DNA of 32,000 nt from Candidatus Bathyarchaeia archaeon (GTDB lineage Archaea; Asgardarchaeota; Heimdallarchaeia; JABLTI01), in the NCBI GenBank assembly GCA_035528035.1, contig DATKZI010000037.1:81819-113818 (forward strand). Direction: 5' to 3'. The translations under genes were made by a program, and so were the position numbers. Of the stretch, positions 1 to 7,551 are shown one piece after another. Position 1 is the stretch's first letter. Each line of letters opens with the position of its first letter. The notes under the pieces are model-generated. The model was not told the DNA's origin and ran no database searches. It worked only from the letters and a program-made list of their open reading frames with translations.

Positions 1-207
1 TATCCTATGAACTCATGAAGATTAAAGATACAATAATTTAATTTTTTCCTCTTCTAATTTAAACAATTCTAATAAAAATAAAAGGACTGTAGAAAAAATA
101 TATAAGCTCATTTTTATTTGAAACCTAAGCTAGGATTACATTTAATTAATTAAAATACATTAGTATTTTGGTACAAGCAATATATTATAATAATTGGTCT
201 GATTAAT

Positions 208-1089
208 ATGCCTACAAAAGAAGTTGATAAAAGTAATTTAAAAGAATCAGTAGAAGCTATCAAAAAGAAGTTCGGAATTGTCGGTCGAACAAATGAATTA
301 ATGAAAGCTTTAGCTGCAAAAGCCGCAAAAAAACATATTTTACTTGAAGGTCCTGTAGGAGTCGGTAAAACTGCTATGGCTCATTCATTGGCAGCCTATC
401 TTAATACAGAATTTGTTCGATTTGATGGAGATGAGCGATATCATCCAGATAAACTTGTAGGCCATTTTGATCCCCCTGTAGTTCTGGAAAAAGGATATTC
501 GTATGAATCCTTTGTTTCTGGTCCTTTAATTAGAGCTATGCAAGAAGGAGCAATACTTTTTGCTAATGAAATAAATCGTTGTCCCGAATCCACTCAGAAT
601 GTCTTGCTTTCAGCAATGGATGAAGGTCGTATTGTTATTCCTAAATTGGGGGAAGTATATGCTAAAGAAGGATTTTTCATTATTGCTACACAAAATCCTG
701 TAGAATTTATCGCAACAACTCCACTTGGTGAAGCTATTAAAGATAGATTTGTTTGGATTCGATTAGACTATCAAACCGAAGAAGAAGAGAAACAAATTGT
801 CGCTGCTAATGTTAAAGATGCTAACAAAGACATCATTGATTATTCTGTTTTAATTGTTCGTGAATCACGCGCAAATGTCAAATTACGACGAGGAGCGAGC
901 ATTAGAGGATCTATTGACCTAGCTTCAATTATAAATGAATTTGATGAACGTACTATAAATACTTGGATTGACATTAGTATAATGGCTTTGGCAACAAAAA
1001 TTGAGCTTGAAGATGGTGTAGAAGAAAAAATAGAATTAGTTATTGAGGAATTAGTGAGAAAAGTAATTGGTAAGTTTTTTCGGGCCTAG
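208..1089 (+). CDS. MoxR-family AAA+ ATPase
   Basis: Walker A GPVGVGKT (aa 48-55). Walker B region ILFANEINR. Sensor-1 IIATQNP, followed by the MoxR-typical GEAIKDRF. Sensor-2-like RRGASIRG. ATG start at 208. An AT-rich TATA-like tatattataa lies at 181-190, about 20 nt upstream, so the mRNA may be leaderless. Confidence 0.85.
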   Translation: MPTKEVDKSNLKESVEAIKKKFGIVGRTNELMKALAAKAAKKHILLEGPVGVGKTAMAHSLAAYLNTEFVRFDGDERYHPDKLVGHFDPPVVLEKGYSYESFVSGPLIRAMQEGAILFANEINRCPESTQNVLLSAMDEGRIVIPKLGEVYAKEGFFIIATQNPVEFIATTPLGEAIKDRFVWIRLDYQTEEEEKQIVAANVKDANKDIIDYSVLIVRESRANVKLRRGASIRGSIDLASIINEFDERTINTWIDISIMALATKIELEDGVEEKIELVIEELVRKVIGKFFRA

Positions 1090-2155
1090 CGAAATAGATA
1101 TGCCTAAAGGTCCAGGACAAATTCCTCCACAATTTGGAAGGATGACACCTGAGAGACTTGTTCAAGCAGAAATAGTTTCTGGTACGCGTGGCTCTCGAGA
1201 ATACAACCAAATGACCAAGGGAATGTCTTTTCCTCAAATTAAAAAAATGACTGAATTAGCTATTGAATATGATAATATGGATGCTCTTAGGGGAATTGCT
1301 AAAAGCAATCAATATGCAGTGGCAGAAGCTTTGCAATCGAATGAAGGTGTCAGAATGATTGAGCGTCGAGCAACTCGAGGCGAAGGTAGTGCTCCAGAAT
1401 TATTCTTTATGCTGAGAAGCAATTTAAATCCCTCATATCGGCAAATATATCGACGTTTAGCAAGAATATCTGTGCTTAAATCCTCATACAGAGTTGTTGG
1501 TAGAGGTTTAAAAGGTGATATGCAAATCAGAACAGAATATGAACCAGGTATGAGCGATTTTGATATGGATGAATTAATAGAGAAATATCTTTTGAATCGC
1601 TATATTCAATATGAGGATATTGTAGCAATTGAACGTCGTAGTAGAGAAAACATAGGCGTTCTAATGTTTGATACATCTGGTTCTCTTTATGGTGAAAAAT
1701 TTAGAAATGCTGCTATGGCTGTAGCTATTCTATCCTATCATCTAGCGAAAGAAAAGTATGCTGTAATTTTATTTAATACTCAAGCAACTGTCATCAAACA
1801 TATGGATGAAAAAGTAAAAATTGATGACCTAATTGATCGCGTTTTGGAAAGTGAATCAGCTGGGTATACAAATATCTCTGATGCTTTGAAAAAGGGTTTG
1901 GGAGAATTAAATAAAGAAAAACAAACTGAGAAGTTTGGTGTTGTCATAACAGACGGATGTTTTAATCGTGGAGATGATCCTCGAGCATTAGCTAAAAATT
2001 ACTTCAATTTACACGTTTTAGGACTGCCAACGGAAAAAGAATGGGGTGAATTAGTATGTAGAGATTTAGCAAGAATGGGTAAAGGACGATATATGGCAGT
2101 TAAAAGCATGGATCAAATACCAAGAATTTTAATGAAAGTCCTACGTAAGAAATAG
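1067..2155 (+). CDS. von Willebrand factor A (VWA) domain protein, CoxE-like partner of the MoxR ATPase
   Basis: Complete MIDAS: DTSGS (aa 202-206), a downstream Thr (GYTNISDA) and Asp (VVITDG). About 190 aa of non-VWA N-terminal sequence. The track start is TTG at 1067, overlapping the MoxR gene by 23 nt in another frame. The in-frame ATG at 1100, 10 nt after the MoxR stop, is an equally plausible start. Confidence 0.8.
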   Translation: MVSFFGPSEIDMPKGPGQIPPQFGRMTPERLVQAEIVSGTRGSREYNQMTKGMSFPQIKKMTELAIEYDNMDALRGIAKSNQYAVAEALQSNEGVRMIERRATRGEGSAPELFFMLRSNLNPSYRQIYRRLARISVLKSSYRVVGRGLKGDMQIRTEYEPGMSDFDMDELIEKYLLNRYIQYEDIVAIERRSRENIGVLMFDTSGSLYGEKFRNAAMAVAILSYHLAKEKYAVILFNTQATVIKHMDEKVKIDDLIDRVLESESAGYTNISDALKKGLGELNKEKQTEKFGVVITDGCFNRGDDPRALAKNYFNLHVLGLPTEKEWGELVCRDLARMGKGRYMAVKSMDQIPRILMKVLRKK

Positions 2156-2222
2156 AAAATAATTATTAATCTCTTATAGAATAAATGAGAAAAATAAGAA
2201 GAAAAGAAGGAAATTATAAGAA

Positions 2223-2582
2223 TTATAAATTGAACATAGAACTATAGTCTTCTTCTTCTTCAGCTTTTTGGGGTTTCTTCTTTCGTGCATAAGCAGCGAT
2301 AAGTTCGGGATGATTTCCTTGGACATGAGCTCGCCAATCTTTAATCATTCTTCCACAATACCCACAAATACTAAGTGCTTCTTTTTCCTCTCTTTTAGCC
2401 AAGTATTCAGCATATTTGGCATGTTTCCTTTTCATATGCTCATCGACATCATCAACTAAGCATTGACAAATTTTACAAAATTTTAAACCCTGTCTTTTGT
2501 TTTGGATAATGGTAGATTTTGCGCACAAATTGAAATCCTCGGCATTATTTTGCAACATAAGCTTACTTTTAAGTTTATTCAA
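2223..2582 (-). CDS. small protein with two C2H2-type zinc-knuckle units and an acidic C-terminal tail
   Basis: Two units share the same spacing: C36-x2-C39-x9-H49-x4-H54 and C73-x2-C76-x9-H86-x4-H91. Lys/Arg-rich linkers. C-terminal EEEEDYSSMFNL. The track start at 2582 is TTG. The first ATG is codon 9 (nt 2558), so the true start is uncertain. Confidence 0.55.
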   Translation of the reverse strand: MNKLKSKLMLQNNAEDFNLCAKSTIIQNKRQGLKFCKICQCLVDDVDEHMKRKHAKYAEYLAKREEKEALSICGYCGRMIKDWRAHVQGNHPELIAAYARKKKPQKAEEEEDYSSMFNL

Positions 2583-2808
2583 AGAAGTAAAACGCTACAA
2601 CTTTTGTTTTACATTAAAAAAGAGACGGTCATTACTTAAAAATATTGCCCGTGTGTTAACATTTTTCATTGTATGTTGAACATTTGTAAGATTTCATCAT
2701 AATTAAGTGTCACTATGTTAGTTATTTTAACTATGTAATATCTAATTAGTACCCTTTGCTTATAAAAATGGTCAAAAATTAATGATTTTTTTAAATATTT
2801 TTTTGTCA

Positions 2809-2826
2809 AAAATAGCTAGCTATTTT
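2809..2826. promoter_or_regulatory. 18-bp perfect palindrome in a divergent promoter region
   Basis: aaaatagctagctatttt is its own reverse complement. It lies in the 407-bp intergenic region between the zinc-finger gene and the dmrX-like gene. Flanking direct repeat gtcaaaaat at 2771-2779 and 2805-2813. Confidence 0.2.
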
Positions 2827-2989
2827 ATTAAATTTTAATTTTGCTATATTTTTTTAAATGAAAGAAATTTAGTTTTTTTTTGAAAGGAAAAAACAAAGAA
2901 TAACCTTTTTTAAGATGTAAGTTAAGAAAAGATTAAAATTCTACTATATAAAACGTAAAATTGTTTAACGTAGGAGTTTCCAGAAACTA

Positions 2990-3898
2990 ATGACTATTAG
3001 AATAGCCTGGGGATTTACAGGCGCTGGCTGTTGGTTGCCAGAAAGTTATGAAATTTTGGGTCGTCTATTAAGGAATTCAGAAATAGAAATTGACTTATTT
3101 TATAGTGAAGCGGGTAGAGAAGTTTCCCAATGTTATGGTGTATTTAATACTCCTGTACCGCAAAAAATTCCTTTCATTGATAAAGTTCGAGAAATCCCCA
3201 ATTTTAATCAGGACATCTTTAAACCTAACTTTATAGAAAAATATCAATGGTTGGGGGTAAATGAAGATACATCAGCTACAGAGTATTTTGAGAATATTGA
3301 TCAAAGAAATAAAGATGATGATGAAGAAAAGAATTTTGATTTTGATGAAACATTTAATGACGTCATCTTTGAAATAGATGAGGGGGCTAGTTTTCCAACT
3401 AGTGCGACTGCTTCTATTGGTAAATATGATTATGTTATCATCAGTCCTGCAACTGGAAATACTATTGCTAAGCTTAATGTGGGAATAGCTGATAATTTGA
3501 TTACAAACCTAGTTATCATGGCTAATAAAAGCAAAAAAACACAAGTACTTATTACTCCAACGGATTACGAAATAGGCGATGTTAAAAGCTATTTACCAAT
3601 AATACTTCATCCTGATACCTGTCGAAAATGTAATGAATGCTCTGCGCTTTGGGCATGTAAACCTGGAGCCATTCGAAGAAAAAGAGGAAAAGTAAAGCTA
3701 AATCGATTAAAATGTATAGGATGCCTTGATTGTGTAAAATTCTGCCGATTTACAGTTATATCTTTTCTTGAAGAAACAACCATAACGGTTCAAGAAAGAG
3801 AAGCTAAAGCAGTTGCTAATTTAATGAAACAAGAAGGCTTTAAGATATTTCGTACTCCAGAAGATATTTATGATTATTTGATGAAAGACATTAAGTAA
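2990..3898 (+). CDS. dmrX: flavoprotein fused to a 2x[4Fe-4S] ferredoxin domain (DmrX-like, putative dihydromethanopterin reductase)
   Basis: Flavoprotein-family signatures IAWGFTGAG (N-terminus) and ISPATGNTIAKLNVGIADNLITN. C-terminal Cys clusters CRKCNECSALWACKP and CIGCLDCVKFC. SD-like taggag at 2971-2976. Lies immediately upstream of a dihydropteroate-synthase-related gene. Confidence 0.55.
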   Translation: MTIRIAWGFTGAGCWLPESYEILGRLLRNSEIEIDLFYSEAGREVSQCYGVFNTPVPQKIPFIDKVREIPNFNQDIFKPNFIEKYQWLGVNEDTSATEYFENIDQRNKDDDEEKNFDFDETFNDVIFEIDEGASFPTSATASIGKYDYVIISPATGNTIAKLNVGIADNLITNLVIMANKSKKTQVLITPTDYEIGDVKSYLPIILHPDTCRKCNECSALWACKPGAIRRKRGKVKLNRLKCIGCLDCVKFCRFTVISFLEETTITVQEREAKAVANLMKQEGFKIFRTPEDIYDYLMKDIK

Positions 3899-3973
3899 AC
3901 TTTTTTACAAAAAGAATACATTTGAACTCATAAGGTAATATAATGTTTATTTCTAGACGAGAGTGTAATCCTT

Positions 3974-5590
3974 ATGAATGAATCCTACAAATCTGAAAAG
4001 AAGAAGATATTATTAGTCACAGGGCATTCAGCTGAGCTTTTGGTAAGAAAATACGCTCCTAAGGATGTTGATATAATAGTAATGCCAGTTGATGTTGCTG
4101 CTTTTATTACAAAAAATATGATTATAAAAAACATTTCAAAAAAGATTGCTCAAAAATATGATTTAATTATGGTACCTGGTCTAGTACAAGATGATTTGAC
4201 TGAGCTAACAGATATTCTCGGAATACTTGTAGTAAAAGGTCCTAAATACGCCAGTGATATAAAAATCGTTCTTACAGAAATAGACCCATTTATTTTATCA
4301 CCAATTCATGCAGCGGATAAATTTCTAAAAAAACAAAAATTAGCTTTATCAGAAAAAATCCTTTATGATGGATACACAAAACCATTGGATGAGAAAAATG
4401 AATTTTGTATTGGCTCAAAGAAAAAATTCCCTATAGGTTTAACAAGACCACCTCTTGTAATGGCAGAAATTGTTGATGCGCCAAAATTAACCTTAGAAAA
4501 AGTGCTTGAACGAGCTCATTATTACTTAGATAATGGAGCGGATATTTTAGATATTGGCGCGGTAGCAAATTATCCCAATCCTGATCAAATTAAAAAAATA
4601 TTTCAGCAATTGAGACCATTACAAGAGAAAACGGATTTTGCTATTAGTATTGATACATTAAATGTAGAGGAAATTCGCGCAGCAATAAAGTCTGGTGTTG
4701 ATATTATTTTAAGTATTGATCATAGTAATGTAGATGAGCTAAAAGATGAAATTCCTATAGATACTGGTATTGTTTATGTACCTACTAATGTGGTAAAAGG
4801 GATCTTGCCAAATAATACAAAGGAGAGAATTGAATCACTTTTAAATCTTAAAAATAAATTAAATGAAGTTGGTCTAAACAAATTAATTGCTGATCCAATA
4901 ATTGAAATGCCCATTTATCCTGGATTTACTCAATCTTTATCACATTATATTGAATATCGGAAAGTTGATCCTAAAACTCCAATGATGACTTGTATAGGCA
5001 ATGTAACTGAATTTATAGCAGCAGATCCAATTGGGATAAATGCCCTTTTCGGTTGTATGGCTGTTGAATTAGGAATACAACTTCTTCTTGTCACAGATGT
5101 TAGTGTAAAATGTCGTGGTGGAATCAAAGAAGTTGTTACTGCTAGAAATATGGCTTATGTAGCTCAACAAACTAATAAACCACCTAAAGATCAAGGAATT
5201 AATTTATTGATGGCTAAAAGTAGAACAGCTGTCGATCTTGATATTATTGAATTAACTGAAATTGAAACAATAGAGCTGGAATTAGCTGATAAAGATTTAT
5301 TATATAATCTAAATTACGAATTCGATCCAAAAGGCAGTTTTACAATTTGGACAGATTATCATAAACAAAAAATTTTCGTTTCACATTTAGCTTATAAATC
5401 AAATAAAGCAGATTTATTATTGATTTCTTCAAAAGCTAAACCTATTTTTGATGAAATTATAAAACGAAATCTCATTTCAAATATTGGTCATGCTTATTAC
5501 TTGGGTCGAGAACTAGAGAGAGCTGAAATTTGTTTATATCTCGGAAAAACATACATGCAAAATGAACAATCATTTAAGAATACTGAATAA
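3974..5590 (+). CDS. dihydropteroate synthase-related (pterin-binding) protein, archaeal long form (MJ0301/TIGR00284-like)
   Basis: Central pterin-binding-domain-like segment (YYLDNGADILDIGAVANYPNP ... ISIDT ... ILSIDH). N-terminal KKILLVTGHSAELLVRK. About 500-aa architecture with extra N- and C-terminal domains, as in the archaeal DHPS-related family. Family assignment is from memory of the architecture, not from a search. Confidence 0.65.
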   Translation: MNESYKSEKKKILLVTGHSAELLVRKYAPKDVDIIVMPVDVAAFITKNMIIKNISKKIAQKYDLIMVPGLVQDDLTELTDILGILVVKGPKYASDIKIVLTEIDPFILSPIHAADKFLKKQKLALSEKILYDGYTKPLDEKNEFCIGSKKKFPIGLTRPPLVMAEIVDAPKLTLEKVLERAHYYLDNGADILDIGAVANYPNPDQIKKIFQQLRPLQEKTDFAISIDTLNVEEIRAAIKSGVDIILSIDHSNVDELKDEIPIDTGIVYVPTNVVKGILPNNTKERIESLLNLKNKLNEVGLNKLIADPIIEMPIYPGFTQSLSHYIEYRKVDPKTPMMTCIGNVTEFIAADPIGINALFGCMAVELGIQLLLVTDVSVKCRGGIKEVVTARNMAYVAQQTNKPPKDQGINLLMAKSRTAVDLDIIELTEIETIELELADKDLLYNLNYEFDPKGSFTIWTDYHKQKIFVSHLAYKSNKADLLLISSKAKPIFDEIIKRNLISNIGHAYYLGRELERAEICLYLGKTYMQNEQSFKNTE

Positions 5591-5755
5591 AATCTAGCAA
5601 TCTTTTTGTAGTGAAATAATTTCATTTGTGTTAGTAACAAATAATAACGTAAAGTTTTAAGAGAATAAAAATATTTGAAATATGGATAAATTCTTAATAT
5701 CAAAGAAAAAAAGAAACGAGGATAATCTACAAGACTGATATTAGAGGTTGATGTC

Positions 5756-6145
5756 ATGAATATTGATAAAAACGCAAGATATATGAAATCCCATGAATGG
5801 GCAAAGAAAGAAGACGATTTATTTGTAATTGGTATTACCGATTATGCTCAAAGTCTATTGAAAGATATCGTTTATGTTGAACTTCCAACAGAAGGAACTA
5901 CTTTTCAAAGAGGTGATAAAGCAGCTGATATCGAATCAGTAAAAGCTGTTGAAGAATTAAAATCACCGTTATCAGGGGAAGTAGTAGAAGTCAATACTGT
6001 TTTAGAAGATTCAGCTGAATCAATCAATGAAGACCCCTACGGGAATGGTTGGTTTATAAAAATAAAACCATCAAATCCTTCTGAATTTAATGAGATGCTC
6101 ACTCCAGAAGCATATGAAAAATATCTTGAGACAATCGAACATTAA
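5756..6145 (+). CDS. gcvH: glycine cleavage system H protein
   Basis: 129 aa. Lipoyl-lysine motif ESVKAVEEL. Typical N-terminus YMKSHEWA. C-terminal DPYGNGWF. SD-like agaggt at 5743-5748. Confidence 0.92.
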   Translation: MNIDKNARYMKSHEWAKKEDDLFVIGITDYAQSLLKDIVYVELPTEGTTFQRGDKAADIESVKAVEELKSPLSGEVVEVNTVLEDSAESINEDPYGNGWFIKIKPSNPSEFNEMLTPEAYEKYLETIEH

Positions 6146-6168
6146 GGAAATGGAGAACTGATCTTTTC

Positions 6169-7551
6169 ATGAATACTACTAAGGAAGGATCAGCAAAGGA
6201 TATTCAAAAAGAAATGGAATCGTATTTGGAAATCAACAATGTTGATGAATTATTTGCTGATATACCAGACTCCATTCGCTTGAAAAAACCTCTAAAAATA
6301 GCTGGACCTTTATCAGAAAGAGATCTTTCACTTTATATAGATGAAGTTCTTTCCATGAATAAACCGGTAATTTCTTTTCTCGGTGGTGGAGCGCAAAATC
6401 ACTATATCCCTGCACTTGTCCAAGAAGTAATAACAAAACCTGAACTATTAAACGCTTATACTCCTTATCAACCTGAAGTTGCTCAAGGAATGTTACAAGG
6501 GTTATTTGAGTATCAAAGTTTGATTAGTGAAATCACAGGAATGAATGTGACAAATGCAAGTATGTATGATTGGGCTACTTCTATTGCTGAAGCATTATTA
6601 ATGTCCGTTAGACTTTCCACTAAAAGAAAAAAAGTACTAATTACTTCAAGTATTCATCCAGATAGACTTGCAGTAGTCGAAAATTATTTAGCTGGTCCAA
6701 AAATCAATTATGAATTAGTTGAATATGATGCTAAAACAGGGGAATTGAATCTTGCTGATCTAAAAGAAAAACTAACTGAAGAAATAGCAGCATTTTATTT
6801 TGAGAATCCTAATAGTTATGGTGTAATAGAAAGCCAAGCTGAAGATATAACTAAATTAGTCCATGCTGTAAATGCTTTTGTAATTGTAGGAGTTGATCCT
6901 ATTTCACTTGGCATACTTAAAGCACCGGCAGATTATGGTGCTGATATAGTCGTAGGTGAAGGACAAGGTTTAGGAAATAGCTTATCATTTGGTGGCCCTC
7001 ATTTTGGGTTCTTTTCAATTAAATATGATAAAAAGATTATTCGACAAATGCCTGGAAGGTTAGTAGGTTTAACAAAAACATATGATGGAAACCAAAGAGC
7101 ATTTGTTCTAACCTTATCCACTCGAGAACAACACATTCGAAGACAAGATGCTACAAGCAATATTTGTTCTAATCAATCAATACTTGCATATGGTGCTGGT
7201 GTTTATCTATCTCTACTCGGACCGGATGGTTTGAAGAAGACAGCTGAATATTGTTTACAAGCAGCTCATTATTTAGCTACAGAAATTAACAATTTAAAGC
7301 ATTTTGAGGCGCCTATTTTTTCCGGAGCTCATTATAATGAATTTGTTGTTAGAGTAACAAAAGGAACAATGGCTGAAGTTGAGAATAAATTAATCCAACA
7401 GGGATTAGTAGGTGGGTATACACTTGAGAAGTGCCATCCTGAATTGGGTGAAGTAGCAATCTTTTGTGTAACAGAAATGCATACCATGAATTCCATTAAC
7501 AAATTACTTACTGTTCTAATAGAAATGGACAAAGAGCTTGGAGGAAGATAA
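6169..7551 (+). CDS. gcvPA: glycine dehydrogenase (decarboxylating) subunit 1
   Basis: 460 aa. Conserved YTPYQPEVAQG and QREQHIRR-type segment (STREQHIRRQDATSNICSNQ). Lies between gcvH and gcvPB. Confidence 0.9.
   Translation: MNTTKEGSAKDIQKEMESYLEINNVDELFADIPDSIRLKKPLKIAGPLSERDLSLYIDEVLSMNKPVISFLGGGAQNHYIPALVQEVITKPELLNAYTPYQPEVAQGMLQGLFEYQSLISEITGMNVTNASMYDWATSIAEALLMSVRLSTKRKKVLITSSIHPDRLAVVENYLAGPKINYELVEYDAKTGELNLADLKEKLTEEIAAFYFENPNSYGVIESQAEDITKLVHAVNAFVIVGVDPISLGILKAPADYGADIVVGEGQGLGNSLSFGGPHFGFFSIKYDKKIIRQMPGRLVGLTKTYDGNQRAFVLTLSTREQHIRRQDATSNICSNQSILAYGAGVYLSLLGPDGLKKTAEYCLQAAHYLATEINNLKHFEAPIFSGAHYNEFVVRVTKGTMAEVENKLIQQGLVGGYTLEKCHPELGEVAIFCVTEMHTMNSINKLLTVLIEMDKELGGR

Noticed and set aside
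1-207. A possible 3' end of an upstream gene at the window edge (frame-1 stop at 16-18), or an RNA gene in the first 200 nt.
   Set aside because: Only five codons are visible. The rest is AT-rich, with no structured GC-rich segment, so nothing can be supported.
1067-1102. Possible programmed frameshift or fusion between the MoxR and VWA ORFs, because they overlap.
   Set aside because: The MoxR frame ends at a normal TAG (1087-1089) after a complete AAA+ domain. The VWA frame has ordinary start candidates (TTG 1067, ATG 1100). No slippery heptamer is evident. Short overlaps are normal for coupled genes.
1040-1237. Antisense or shadow ORFs of 60-122 aa in the six-frame track. They are 1040-1237(-), 2268-2459(+), 2497-2679(+), 4945-5127(-), 5497-5757(-), 6233-6436(-), 7332-7700(-), 8733-8999(-), 9651-9992(+), 11372-11656(-), 13687-13896(+), 15449-15634(+), 18467-18676(-), 18931-19131(-), 24653-24847(-), 24940-25233(-), 25844-26056(-), 27242-27532(+), 29188-29391(+), 29539-29778(+), 30553-30735(-) and 31762-31962(-).
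   Set aside because: Each lies largely or entirely inside a longer ORF on the opposite strand or in another frame, and that longer ORF has clear family motifs. Their translations are low-complexity (S/L/I/F-rich), with no recognisable motifs and no plausible SD or promoter.
5591-5755. Glycine riboswitch upstream of gcvH, as found upstream of bacterial gcvT operons.
   Set aside because: The 165-nt leader is very AT-rich. It lacks the conserved GC-rich cores (GGAGAG ... CACCG-type segments) and any convincing paired aptamer stems.
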